64,000 nt of DNA from Opitutaceae bacterium (GCA_016795545.1 JAEUGX010000106.1:3136-67135), one strand, 5' to 3'. Positions 1 to 9,113 are shown, counted from the first letter of the stretch. Program-made: numbers and translations. The notes: generated by a model from the letters alone, not told the origin.

Positions 1-711
1 GCCTTGGAGCGGTGGCAGGATGCCGTGGCCCAGAACATCACCTCGAGCCAGGTGACGGGCTACCGCAAGCGCACGGTTGAGTTCTCCGCCCGCCAGGCCG
101 GCGAACGCCTGCTGGATCCGCATGATCGCATCGGCCGCGAGACCGGCCCGTCCGCGATCTTTCCGCTGGCGACGGTCGGGGTGAATTTCATCACGGGCGA
201 GACGCAGCCGACCCGGCGCGAGCTCGACGTGGCGATCCAGGGCGACGGCTTTTTCGAGGTGCAGATGCCCGATGGCACCCGCGCCTACACCCGCAACGGC
301 GAGTTCCACCGCCGCCAGGACCGCACCCTCGTGACGACCGCCGACAACGAGGTCCTCAACGAGGACGGCAGCCCCATCGTTCTCCTCCCGGGCGCCGGCA
401 ATGTGACCATCAACCGCGACGGCACCGTTTTCCAGGGCGACACGATGCTCGGCCGCATCGCCGTCCAGAAGTTCGCCAACCCGGGCGCGCTCATTCCCGT
501 CGCCGGCGGCATGTTCCGGCCGACCGCCGGCGCCGGCATCCAGCGCGTCGAGGAGCCGGAGCTCATGCAGGGTTACCTCGAGAATTCCAACGTCACCCCG
601 CTGCGCGAGATGGTCGACCTCGTCGTCATCTCCCGCGCCTACGAGGCGAACCAGAAGATGATCACCACCATCGACCAGTCGATGCAGAAGACCCTCGAGG
701 CGCTCGGCTGA
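1..711 (+). CDS. flgF: Flagellar basal-body rod protein FlgF (N-terminus cut by window edge)
   Basis: The reading frame is open from nt 1, and the track ORF 4..711 starts at an internal TTG. The rod-protein C-terminal signature NSNVTPLREMVDLVVISRAYEANQKM is present. It lies upstream of flgG. Confidence 0.85.
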   Translation, partial: ALERWQDAVAQNITSSQVTGYRKRTVEFSARQAGERLLDPHDRIGRETGPSAIFPLATVGVNFITGETQPTRRELDVAIQGDGFFEVQMPDGTRAYTRNGEFHRRQDRTLVTTADNEVLNEDGSPIVLLPGAGNVTINRDGTVFQGDTMLGRIAVQKFANPGALIPVAGGMFRPTAGAGIQRVEEPELMQGYLENSNVTPLREMVDLVVISRAYEANQKMITTIDQSMQKTLEALG

Positions 712-765
712 CCCGGACCCGCCATGACTTTCCCATACAGTAGACAACTGCAATCACGACTGCAT

Positions 766-802
766 GGCCGTGCGCGCCGTGGGAGCGCGCCGGCCCCTTT
801 TT
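766..802 (+). terminator. Intrinsic-terminator-like hairpin plus T5 tract downstream of flgF
   Basis: GGCCG(T)GCGCGC at 766-777 pairs with GCGCGCCGGCC at 785-795, giving an 11-bp stem with one bulge and a 7-nt loop. It is followed by CCTTTTT, with the T-run at 798-802. Confidence 0.5.
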
Positions 803-875
803 CCTCCGCCACCTCCCGCCGGGCCGTGCGCCACGCGCACGCCGGCCGCCGTTCCACCCCCGTCCTCCCCGCCTC

Positions 876-1658
876 ATGAACCTCTCCCTATACTCCGCGG
901 CCACCGGCATGGAGGCGCAGCAGCTCAACCTCAACACGATCGCCAACAACCTGGCGAACGTGAACACCCCCGGGTTCAAGCGCAGCAAGATCGAGTTCCA
1001 GGACCTCCTCTACCAGAAGCCGCGCGCCTCCGGCAGCGATTCGGGCGGCGGCAACCTCATCCCCACGGGCATCGAGGTCGGCAACGGCTCCCGCGTCGCG
1101 GCGACGTCCAAGGTCTTCACCCAGGGCCAGCTCACCTCCACCGGCGAGAAGCTCGACGTCGCCATCCAGGGCGACGGCTTCTTCGAGGTCCAGCGCGTCG
1201 ACGGCACCATCGGCTACACCCGCGACGGCTCCTTCAAGCTCAACGCCAGCGGCCAGGTCGTCACCGTCGACGGCCTGCCCATCCTCAGCGGCTTCCAGCC
1301 CATCCCCGCCGGCGCCAGCTCTATTCACATCGCCGAGAACGGCGAGGTCACCGTCCAGTCCAGCAGCGGCACGCAGTCCTTCCGCCTGACGCTGACGCGC
1401 TTCGCCAACCCGTCCGGCCTCCGCAGCCTCGGCGGCAACCTCTTCGAGGAGACCGCTGCCAGCGGCACGCCCGAACAGGGGCAGCCCGGCGAACAGGGCT
1501 TCGGCGGCACCATCCAGGGCTACACCGAGGCCTCCAACGTCAACATCGTGGAGGAAATGGTGAACCTCATCGTCGCCCAGCGCGCCTACGAGATCAATTC
1601 CAAGTCCATCCAGACCTCCGACGAGATGCTCCAGAACATCGCCAACATGAAACGCTGA
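876..1658 (+). CDS. flgG: Flagellar distal rod protein FlgG
   Basis: The N-terminus reads MNLSLYSAATGMEAQQLNLNTIANNLANVNTPGFKR. The C-terminus reads EASNVNIVEEMVNLIVAQRAYEINSK. Its 260 aa is typical for FlgG. Confidence 0.93.
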   Translation: MNLSLYSAATGMEAQQLNLNTIANNLANVNTPGFKRSKIEFQDLLYQKPRASGSDSGGGNLIPTGIEVGNGSRVAATSKVFTQGQLTSTGEKLDVAIQGDGFFEVQRVDGTIGYTRDGSFKLNASGQVVTVDGLPILSGFQPIPAGASSIHIAENGEVTVQSSSGTQSFRLTLTRFANPSGLRSLGGNLFEETAASGTPEQGQPGEQGFGGTIQGYTEASNVNIVEEMVNLIVAQRAYEINSKSIQTSDEMLQNIANMKR

Positions 1659-1664
1659 CCGCCG

Positions 1665-2369
1665 ATGCGCCCGCTGCTTTCCCTCCTCGTCCTCCTCGCC
1701 ACGCTGCTCGCCCCGGCCGCCGCCGCCGAACCGGCCGCCGCCCCGCTCGCGCGCGACCAGTTCGTCGCCGCGCTCTCCCGCGACCTGGCCCGGCATTTCA
1801 ACCTGTCCGGCGACCTGGCGCTCGAACTCCTCCGCCCCTGGACGCCGCCGGCGCAGGTCGCCGCGGCCTGGGACGTCACCATCACCGAATATCCCACCGT
1901 CGCCTCGTCCTCGATGCTCGTCCGCTGCCGCGTACTCGCCGACGGCGCCGTCGCCTCCGACCAGTCCCTCGTCCTCCGCGCCTCCCTGTGGCGCGACGCC
2001 TGGAGCGCCCGCCAGCCGCTGGCCTCCGGCTCGACCTTCGACCCGACCCTCCTCGACACCCGCCGCGTCGACCTGCTGCGTGAACGCGACGCCCTGCCGG
2101 CCGACGTCGGCGACGCCTCCTTCATCTTCACCCGCTCCCTCCCGGCCAACCGCCTCCTCAGCTGGCGCGACATCGCCCGCCGCCCGCTCGTCCGTAAGGG
2201 CGAGATGGTCGAGGTCGCCGCCACCGAGGGCTCCCTCGTCGTCACCCTCAAGGGCCTCGCGATGGAAAACGGCGCCCAGGGCGACACGGTCACCGTCCGC
2301 AACCTCGAATCCAAGCGCGACATCCACGCCCAGGTGATCGCCGAAAACCGCGTCCAGGTCCGCTTCTGA
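1665..2369 (+). CDS. flgA: Flagellar P-ring assembly chaperone FlgA
   Basis: It has an N-terminal signal peptide. The C-terminus is SAF-like (GDTVTVRNLESKRDIHAQVIAENRVQV). It occupies the slot between flgG and flgH. Confidence 0.8.
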   Translation: MRPLLSLLVLLATLLAPAAAAEPAAAPLARDQFVAALSRDLARHFNLSGDLALELLRPWTPPAQVAAAWDVTITEYPTVASSSMLVRCRVLADGAVASDQSLVLRASLWRDAWSARQPLASGSTFDPTLLDTRRVDLLRERDALPADVGDASFIFTRSLPANRLLSWRDIARRPLVRKGEMVEVAATEGSLVVTLKGLAMENGAQGDTVTVRNLESKRDIHAQVIAENRVQVRF

Positions 2370-2371
2370 TC

Positions 2372-2983
2372 ATGCGCTCCGCCGTCCTCTTCCTCCTCCT
2401 CGCCACCGTCGCCTCCGCGCAGTCCGGCTCCCTGTGGCCGGTCGGCGGGGCGGGGGAGCGCAGCATGTTCGCCGACCGCCGCGCCTCCCGCGCGGGCGAC
2501 ATCCTGACCGTCGTCGTCAGCGAGTCCGCCTCCGCCCAGAACAACCAGTCCAAGTCCTCCACCCGCGAGTCGAGCGTCGAGGACGCCGTCCAGCAGTTCC
2601 TCTTCAGCGCCGCGGCCAGCGGCCTCGGCACCCACCGCGGCGAGCTGCCGTCCACCAGCTTCGGTGGCAAGGCCGGCTACTCCGGCGGCGGCGCCGTCAA
2701 CAACAGCCAGAGCCTGACCAGCCGCGCCGCCGTGCTCGTCACCGACGTCCTTGCCAACGGCAACCTCGTCATCGAGGGCGTCCGCGTCGTCACCTTCTCC
2801 GGCGAGACCCAGTACGTCGTCCTCCGCGGCCTCGTGCGGCCGGAGGACATCGGGGCCACCAACGTCGTGTTCTCCAGCAACATCGCCGACGCCCGCGTCG
2901 AGTTCATCGCCGAGGGCTCCCTCACCGACGCCCAGCGCCGAGGCTGGCTGGGCAAGCTCTACGAGAGGCTCCGCCCCTTCTGA
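2372..2983 (+). CDS. flgH: Flagellar L-ring protein FlgH
   Basis: It has a short signal/lipoprotein-like N-terminus. SMFADRRASRAGDILTVVVSE and LVIEGVRVVTFSGETQYVVLRGLVRPEDI are typical FlgH blocks. Confidence 0.9.
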   Translation: MRSAVLFLLLATVASAQSGSLWPVGGAGERSMFADRRASRAGDILTVVVSESASAQNNQSKSSTRESSVEDAVQQFLFSAAASGLGTHRGELPSTSFGGKAGYSGGGAVNNSQSLTSRAAVLVTDVLANGNLVIEGVRVVTFSGETQYVVLRGLVRPEDIGATNVVFSSNIADARVEFIAEGSLTDAQRRGWLGKLYERLRPF

Positions 2984-3021
2984 GCCCGGCCCCGAGACTT
3001 CCGCACCTGGATTGACCCGTC

Positions 3022-4134
3022 ATGACGACCCTCGCCCACAATCTCGCGCTCCGCCTCGTCCTCCTGCTGGCCGGCCTCGCGCCGCTGGCCCAGGCCTCCC
3101 GCCTGAAGGACCTCACCCTGATCGAGGGCGGCCGCGACAACCAGCTCGTCGGCTACGGCCTCGTCGTCGGCCTCGCCGGCGACGGCGACAGCAACGCCGC
3201 CACCACGCTGCGCAGCCTGGCCAACGTCCTCCAGCGCCACGGCCTCACCCTCAATTCCCAGGACATCAAGGCCAAGAACACCGCCGCGGTCATGATCACC
3301 GCCGACATCGGCGCGTTCCTCAAGCCGGGCGCCCGCCTCGACGTCACCGTCGCCTCGCTCGGCGACGCCAAGAGCCTCCAGGGCGGCGTGCTCCTCCAGA
3401 CCCCCCTGCTCGGCGCCGACGGCCGCGTCTACGCCGTGGCCCAGGGCCCCGTCGCCATCGGCGGCTTCCTCGGCGGCGCCGGCGGCACCGGCGGCGCCAC
3501 CGTCCAGAAAAACCACCCGACCGTCGGCTCCATCAGCAACGGCGCCATCGTCGAGCGCGAGGTCGCCGCCCAGTTCGTCCGCGACCAGAAGCTCCGTCTC
3601 CTCCTCCACAATCCCGACTTCACCTCGGCTTCCCGCCTGGCCGACGCCGTCAATGTCCAGTGGGCCGACTCCGCCCAGGCGATCGACGCCGCCACCGTCG
3701 AGGTCCGCGTCCCCGACGCCTACCGCACCCGCGAGGTGAGCTTCCTGGCCGACCTCGGCACCATCGAGGTCACCCCCGACACCCTCGCCCGCATCGTCAT
3801 CAACGAGCGCACCGGCACGATCGTCGCCACCTCCACCGTCCGCCTGTCGCAGGTCGCCATCGCGCACGGCGCGCTCACCATCACCGTCGCCAACACGCCG
3901 ACCGTCAGCCAGCCGAACTCGTTCAACAACACCGGCCAGACCGTCGTGCTGCCCACCACCCAGACCAAGGTCGACGAGGGCAAGGGCAGCTTCATCGTCT
4001 TCAACGACCCCCCGACGATCGAGCGCCTGGCCGCCGCGCTGAACGCCCTGGGCGTCTCGTCGCGCGAGATGATGGCCATCTTCCAGACCCTCAAGCGCTC
4101 GGGCGCTCTCCAGGCCGAGCTCGTCATCAACTGA
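3022..4134 (+). CDS. flgI: Flagellar P-ring protein FlgI
   Basis: It has a signal peptide. Typical blocks are RLKDLTLIEGGRDNQLVGYGLVVGL, LQGGVLLQTPL and the C-terminal IFQTLKRSGALQAELVIN. Confidence 0.93.
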   Translation: MTTLAHNLALRLVLLLAGLAPLAQASRLKDLTLIEGGRDNQLVGYGLVVGLAGDGDSNAATTLRSLANVLQRHGLTLNSQDIKAKNTAAVMITADIGAFLKPGARLDVTVASLGDAKSLQGGVLLQTPLLGADGRVYAVAQGPVAIGGFLGGAGGTGGATVQKNHPTVGSISNGAIVEREVAAQFVRDQKLRLLLHNPDFTSASRLADAVNVQWADSAQAIDAATVEVRVPDAYRTREVSFLADLGTIEVTPDTLARIVINERTGTIVATSTVRLSQVAIAHGALTITVANTPTVSQPNSFNNTGQTVVLPTTQTKVDEGKGSFIVFNDPPTIERLAAALNALGVSSREMMAIFQTLKRSGALQAELVIN

Positions 4135-4136
4135 CC

Positions 4137-4469
4137 ATGGACATCTCCTCCGTCACCGCCACCGCCGCCTCGCTCCCGGGCATCCTCGGGCAGCCCGTCC
4201 GCTCCGGCCAGACGCCCGCCGAGCAGGCGAAGGCCGTCGCCGGCCAGTTCGAGGCCATCATGCTCCGCCAGTTCCTCCAGGAGAGCGTCGGCTCCATGAT
4301 GGGCTCCGGCAAGGAGGCCGGCGGCAGCGTCTACGGCTACCTGCTGACCGACGTCTTCGCCCAGCAGCTTTCCGCCGGCGGCGGCCTCGGCCTCAGCGGC
4401 GTCATCCAGCAGCAACTCACCCCGCGCGCCGGCCCGGCCGACGCCGCCACCCCCGCTTCCCGCCCATGA
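4137..4469 (+). CDS. flgJ: Rod-binding protein (FlgJ N-terminal domain only, no muramidase domain)
   Basis: The real start is ATG 4137, inside the spurious track ORF 2751..4469. The protein is 110 aa and carries the rod-binding motif AVAGQFEAIMLRQFLQES. Confidence 0.75.
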   Translation: MDISSVTATAASLPGILGQPVRSGQTPAEQAKAVAGQFEAIMLRQFLQESVGSMMGSGKEAGGSVYGYLLTDVFAQQLSAGGGLGLSGVIQQQLTPRAGPADAATPASRP

Positions 4470-4963
4470 GCCTCGTCTGGCAAAACCTCGCGGACGCCCT
4501 CCGCGCCGAGATCGCCGAGTACGGCGCCCTCCTGCACCTGTTTTCCGAGCAGCAGCGCCTGCTTTTCGCGCGCGACGCCGACGGCGTCCTCCGCCTCAGC
4601 ACCGAGATCGAGGGCCAGGTCGCCGCGCTCCACGACTGCCGCCACCGCCGCGAACAGGCGGGCGTCGCCTATGCCCGCGCCCACGGCCATCCCGCCGGAG
4701 CCACGCTCCGCTCGCTCCTGCCCAGCATCGACGCCGAGGCCCGCCCGCTCCTCGAGGCCCTCATCACGGAGGTCAACCGCCTGGTGCACCGCACCCGCCG
4801 CATCACCCGCCACAACCAGGCCCTCCTGGCCCGCGCGGTCGAGACCCACCAGGAACTCCTCCGCATCCTCCGCCCCGGCGCGTTCTCCCCGACCTACGCC
4901 CCCAACGGCCGCGTCGCCGCCGCCGGCCCCCGCCCGGCTTCCTCCCTCCAAGCCGCCGGCTGA
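4466..4963 (+). CDS. FlgN-like flagellar export chaperone (assignment mainly positional)
   Basis: It overlaps the upstream gene by ATGA. The 165-aa protein looks helical. It occupies the FlgN/YvyG slot immediately before flgK, as in the Bacillus flgM-flgN-flgK-flgL-fliW-csrA-hag arrangement. Confidence 0.5.
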   Translation: MSLVWQNLADALRAEIAEYGALLHLFSEQQRLLFARDADGVLRLSTEIEGQVAALHDCRHRREQAGVAYARAHGHPAGATLRSLLPSIDAEARPLLEALITEVNRLVHRTRRITRHNQALLARAVETHQELLRILRPGAFSPTYAPNGRVAAAGPRPASSLQAAG

Positions 4964-5005
4964 CCGCCGTTCCCTCGCGCACGCCCATCCTCCCCCTGCC
5001 TCCCC

Positions 5006-6409
5006 GTGTCCGGCCTCTATTCCAGTCTCAACACCACCGTCAAGGCGCTGAACGCCCAGAGCCGCGGCATCGACCTCTCCGGACGCAACCTGGCCAACGT
5101 CAATAATCCTGCCTACGCCCGCCAGCGGGTCATCCTCGGCGACCGGGGCACCGTGGTTACCCCCGACGGCGCCCAGAGCCTCGGCCTCGAGGCCCTCGGC
5201 GTGCAGCAGCTCCGCGACTCGCTCCTCGACCGCCAGGTCACCCGCGAGGTCTCCCTCAAGGCCGCCTTCGCCGCCGAGCAGCAGGCCTACCAGCGCGCCC
5301 AGGCCGGCCTCGGCCAGGGCATCGACGCCATCACGGCCACCGGCGGCGCCGCCACCGGCCTCGGGGCCGCCCTCAACGACTTCTTCAATTCCTTCCAGGG
5401 CCTCGCCTCCCGCCCGACCGACTCCGGCGAGCGCCAGACGCTCCTGCAGAAGGCCGCCATCCTCACCGACCGCCTCCGGCTCACCGACAGCCGCCTGGAC
5501 CAGGTCCAGACCGACCTCGACGCCCAGATCGCGAGCGACGTCGACAGCATCAACGGCCTCCTGCAGTCCATCGCCGAGCTCAACGCCCAGATCCACCGGA
5601 CCGAGATCAACCGGCCCGGCGGCGCCGCCGACCTGCGCGACCAGCGCCAGGCCCGCATCGAGGAGCTCTCGGCCAAGCTGCCCGTCGAGGTCCGCCCCGG
5701 CGCGGGCGGCCAGGTCCAGCTGGTCATGAAGGACGCGGCCAACGCCGACGTCCTCCTCGTCGACGGCCCCAACGTCACCGGCCCCGTCGCCTTCACCGGC
5801 ACCGGCCTCACCGCCGGCGCGGGCGCCACCCCCGTGGTCTTCGCCACCGGCTCCATCGCGGGCGCCCTGACCGCGCGCGACGGTGCCGTCCAGGACCTCC
5901 GCGACCGCCTCGACCAGCTCGCGCGCCAGATGGTCACCGCCGTCAACGCCGCCTACAACCCGGGCGGCACGCCGGGCGCCGACTTCTTCGACCCCGCCGG
6001 CCTCACCGCCGGCACCATCGCCCTCCGCGCCGGCCTCGACGCGAACACCCTCGTCGCCGGCGCCGGCGGCGCCGGCGACAACTCCATCGCCCTCGCCGTC
6101 GCGGCCGTCGCGGCCCAGCGGTTCTCCACCGCCGGCGGCGACGTCATCGACGGCACCCTCAGCCAGTTCTACAGCACCACCGTCAGCAGCCTCGGCCAGT
6201 CCCTCGCCAGCGCCAACACCCGCGTCGAGGACCAGAATCGCATCGAGCAGCTGGTCCGCGCCCAGCGCGACAGCGTCAGCGGCGTCAACCTCGACGAGGA
6301 GATGGCCGAGCTCCTGCGCTACCAGCGCGCCTTCCAGGCCTCCTCCCGCGTCTTCAACGTCATCGACGACCTGCTCGACACCGTCGTCAACCGCCTCGGC
6401 ACGATGTAA
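5006..6409 (+). CDS. flgK: Flagellar hook-associated protein 1 FlgK
   Basis: It starts at GTG. The N-terminus reads SGLYSSLNTTVKALNAQSRGIDLSGRNLANVNNPAYARQR. The C-terminus reads VSGVNLDEEMAELLRYQRAFQASSRV. Confidence 0.9.
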   Translation: MSGLYSSLNTTVKALNAQSRGIDLSGRNLANVNNPAYARQRVILGDRGTVVTPDGAQSLGLEALGVQQLRDSLLDRQVTREVSLKAAFAAEQQAYQRAQAGLGQGIDAITATGGAATGLGAALNDFFNSFQGLASRPTDSGERQTLLQKAAILTDRLRLTDSRLDQVQTDLDAQIASDVDSINGLLQSIAELNAQIHRTEINRPGGAADLRDQRQARIEELSAKLPVEVRPGAGGQVQLVMKDAANADVLLVDGPNVTGPVAFTGTGLTAGAGATPVVFATGSIAGALTARDGAVQDLRDRLDQLARQMVTAVNAAYNPGGTPGADFFDPAGLTAGTIALRAGLDANTLVAGAGGAGDNSIALAVAAVAAQRFSTAGGDVIDGTLSQFYSTTVSSLGQSLASANTRVEDQNRIEQLVRAQRDSVSGVNLDEEMAELLRYQRAFQASSRVFNVIDDLLDTVVNRLGTM

Positions 6410-6435
6410 CGCCGCCCTTCCGACCCTCCCCGCCC

Positions 6436-7332
6436 ATGCGCATCGCCTCCAACACCGTCGCGGAAAACTTCATCCGGCAGATCCAGCAGCTGAGCAACCA
6501 GCAGACCAAGCTGCAGGGCCAGGTGTCCACCGGCCGGCGCATCGCGCAGCCGGAGGACGACCCGGCGGCCATCGGCCGCGTCCTCAACCTGCAGAGCCAG
6601 CAGCAGACCCTCGACCAGTTCGCGCGCAACGCCACCCGCGCGCTCGACCTCAGCCAGGCGTCCTTCTCCGGCCTCAGCCAGATCAAGAAACTCTCCGACC
6701 GCGCCACCGAGATCGGCACGCTCGGCACCGGCGCGGTCAGCGCCGAGGCCCGCGCCGCCTACGCCTCCGAGCTCAACCAGCTCATCGAGCAGGGCGTCCA
6801 GCTCGCGAACAGCCGCCTGGGCAACGACTACCTCTACGCCGGCACCGCCGTCGACCAGCCGCCGTTCGTCGCCACCCGCGACGCCCAGGGCCGCATCACC
6901 GGCGTCGCCTACGCCGGCAACGCCCAGGCCGCGCCCATCCCGCTCTCCGACACCACCAGCCTCAATCCCGCCACCAGCGGCGCGACCAACGCGGGCCTCC
7001 GCGACTTCGTCAACCACCTCGTCAGCCTGCGCGACGCGCTCGAGGCCAACGACGGCGCCGCCGTGAGCACGGCCCGCACCAGCCTGATCGCCAGCGAGGA
7101 CCTCCTCGTCTCCGCCCTCGCCGAGCACGGCGCCGTGCAGATGCGCATCGAGACCAACCGCGCGCAGCAGGCGGCGCTCGCCGAGAACCTGGCGGGCCTG
7201 ATCGCCGCCGAGACCGAGGCCGACCTCCCGGCCACCGTGGTGAAGCTCAACCAGGCCCAGACCGCCTACCAGGCCGCCCTCCAGTCCGCCGCCACCATCA
7301 TGCGCACCTCGCTGCTCGACTACCTCAACTGA
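6436..7332 (+). CDS. flgL: Flagellar hook-associated protein 3 FlgL
   Basis: The N-terminus is flagellin-like (MRIASNTVAENFIRQIQQLSNQQTKLQGQVSTGRRI). The C-terminus reads LNQAQTAYQAALQSAATIMRTSLLDYL. It follows flgK. Confidence 0.88.
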   Translation: MRIASNTVAENFIRQIQQLSNQQTKLQGQVSTGRRIAQPEDDPAAIGRVLNLQSQQQTLDQFARNATRALDLSQASFSGLSQIKKLSDRATEIGTLGTGAVSAEARAAYASELNQLIEQGVQLANSRLGNDYLYAGTAVDQPPFVATRDAQGRITGVAYAGNAQAAPIPLSDTTSLNPATSGATNAGLRDFVNHLVSLRDALEANDGAAVSTARTSLIASEDLLVSALAEHGAVQMRIETNRAQQAALAENLAGLIAAETEADLPATVVKLNQAQTAYQAALQSAATIMRTSLLDYLN

Positions 7333-7352
7333 ATCCCGCTTCCGCACCCACC

Positions 7353-7823
7353 ATGAAGATCCAGCCCGAAATGTACCCGACCGACCTCGAGTCGCCCGCC
7401 GCCAACGGCTTCCTGCTCCCGCACGGTCTCATCGGCTTCGCCCGCCACACGCAAGCCGCCCTCCACTACCAGCCCGACCACCTGCCTTTCCTCTGGCTGA
7501 AGCTCCACGGCGCCGAGCCGCCGGTCCACTTCGTCGTCATCGAGCCGGGCGGCATCATCCCCGGCTACGAGCCCGAGCTCTTCGCCGACGACGCCTTCGC
7601 GCTCGACCTCGCCAACCCGGCCGACGCCATGGTGCTCAACATCGTCACGCTCCGGCACCAGAACCCCCTCGAGGCCACCGTCAACCTCATCGGGCCGATC
7701 ATCGTCAACCGTCGCCTCCGCGTCGGCCGCCAGATCGTCATCTCGAACTACTCCCGCTACAGCGCTCACCATGCGCTCGTCGAGAGTCCGCTGGCCCCCG
7801 TGGCCCGCGCCTATTCCGCCTGA
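7353..7823 (+). CDS. fliW: Flagellar assembly factor FliW
   Basis: The real start is ATG 7353, inside track ORF 5883..7823. The protein is 156 aa with the block [22 protein letters not shown]. It lies directly upstream of csrA. Confidence 0.88.
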   Translation: MKIQPEMYPTDLESPAANGFLLPHGLIGFARHTQAALHYQPDHLPFLWLKLHGAEPPVHFVVIEPGGIIPGYEPELFADDAFALDLANPADAMVLNIVTLRHQNPLEATVNLIGPIIVNRRLRVGRQIVISNYSRYSAHHALVESPLAPVARAYSA

Positions 7824-7836
7824 GCCCCGTCCCGCC

Positions 7837-8127
7837 ATGCTAGTCCTTTCCCGCAAGGTCAACGAGGCGATCATCATCGGCGACTCGATCGAGATCCGCA
7901 TCACCCGCATCGAGGGCGACGTGGTCAAGATCGGCATCGAGGCCCCGCGCGACGTGCCCATCTTCCGCAAGGAGGTCCACACGACGATCGCGGCTAGCAA
8001 CCAGGCCGCCGCCCTCAAGCCCAGCTCTTCCCCGTCCCTGGCCGGCCTGCGCCTGCCACGGCTGCCGCGGACCCGCGACCAGGCGGGCACCGCTCCCGCG
8101 CCGGCCCCCGCCGCCCGCGCTTCCTGA
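7837..8127 (+). CDS. csrA: Carbon storage / translational regulator CsrA with long P/A/S-rich C-terminal tail
   Basis: The internal ATG 7837 gives [47 protein letters not shown], the canonical CsrA core. The protein is 96 aa in total, including a low-complexity tail of about 40 aa. Confidence 0.9.
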   Translation: MLVLSRKVNEAIIIGDSIEIRITRIEGDVVKIGIEAPRDVPIFRKEVHTTIAASNQAAALKPSSSPSLAGLRLPRLPRTRDQAGTAPAPAPAARAS

Positions 8128-8174
8128 TCCGCCCACCACACCGCCCACCCCCCACCCGCATCCCCCGCCCGCCC

Positions 8175-9053
8175 ATGAGCGCCATCAACACCAACATCCA
8201 GGCCATCGCCTCGGCCCGCAACCTCAACCAAAGCCAAGAGATGCTCGGCCGCTCCCTGGCCCGCCTGTCCTCCGGCTCCAAGATCGTCAACCCGTCCGAC
8301 GACGCCGCCGGCCTCGCCGTGTCCGAGAAACTCGACGCCCAGAACCGCCGCGTCAAGGCCGCCACCACCAACGTCCAGAACGCCATCTCCTACGTCCAGA
8401 CCGCCGACGGCTTCATGAGCGGCATGACCAAGATCCTCTCGCGCATGAGCGAGCTCGCGATCCTGGGCAAGGACGTGACCAAGAACCCCACCGACATCGC
8501 GCTCTACCAGCAGGAGTTCAACGCCCTCCAGGACCAGCTGCGCGCCACCGTCGGCGGCAGCTCCGCCGACATCGGCGGCGCGGCCGACGTCGACACCCCG
8601 CTCGGCGCCTTCAACGGCATCACGCTCTTCGGGCCGAGCACCGTCGGCCTCAACGTCACCATCGGCCAGGCCGTCGGCCAGGAGATGACCATCCCGGCCT
8701 CCAACCTGCGCGACGGCGCCATGCTCGACATCATCGACCAGGACGGCAGCGGCGCCTACAGCCTCGCCCTGACCGACACCGACGTCGTCGAGAAGATCAC
8801 GCTCGCCATCCAGGACGTCGCCACCGAGCGCGCCACCCTCGGCGCCGCCCAGTCCCGCCTCGAGCTGGCCGCCACCACGCTCCAGGTCGAGTACGAGAAC
8901 CTGTCCTCCGCCATTTCCCGCATCCGCGACGTCGACGTCGCCGAGGAGTCCACCCAGTACGCCAAGTACAACATCCTCGTCCAGTCCGGCACCGCCATGC
9001 TCGCGCAGGCGAACCAGACTCCGCAGTCCGTCCTCCGCCTCCTCCAGCAGTAA
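8175..9053 (+). CDS. fliC: Flagellin
   Basis: The N-terminus reads MSAINTNIQAIASARNLNQSQEMLGRSLARLSSGSKIVNPSDDAAGLAVSEKL. The C-terminus reads LVQSGTAMLAQANQTPQSVLRLLQQ. The protein is 292 aa. Confidence 0.93.
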   Translation: MSAINTNIQAIASARNLNQSQEMLGRSLARLSSGSKIVNPSDDAAGLAVSEKLDAQNRRVKAATTNVQNAISYVQTADGFMSGMTKILSRMSELAILGKDVTKNPTDIALYQQEFNALQDQLRATVGGSSADIGGAADVDTPLGAFNGITLFGPSTVGLNVTIGQAVGQEMTIPASNLRDGAMLDIIDQDGSGAYSLALTDTDVVEKITLAIQDVATERATLGAAQSRLELAATTLQVEYENLSSAISRIRDVDVAEESTQYAKYNILVQSGTAMLAQANQTPQSVLRLLQQ

Positions 9054-9072
9054 GCCGCGCCCGCGGTCCGGA

Positions 9073-9113
9073 CCCGCCCCGCCCGGGGCGGGTTGCCGCC
9101 GCCCGGAGGCGGC
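9073..9113. terminator. Two adjacent GC hairpins between convergent flagellin and kinase genes (putative bidirectional terminator, no U tract)
   Basis: 9073-9092 is CCCGCCCC-gccc-GGGGCGGG, an 8-bp stem. 9095-9113 is GCCGCC-gcccgga-GGCGGC, a 6-bp stem. They sit between the stop at 9053 (+) and the stop at 9116 (-). Confidence 0.45.

Noticed and set aside
888-2327. Long antisense or alternative-frame ORFs cover the flagellar genes (888..2327 -, 764..2083 +, 1586..2635 -, 2959..3867 -, 4337..5596 -, 6319..7347 -).
   Set aside because: The reason is the same: low-complexity G/A/D/E/R-rich translations overlapping genes with canonical flagellar signatures. The same applies to analogous ORFs across the catabolic region, for example 32889..34580, 35208..36848, 36869..38422, 44341..46239, 51243..54776 and 60280..63381.
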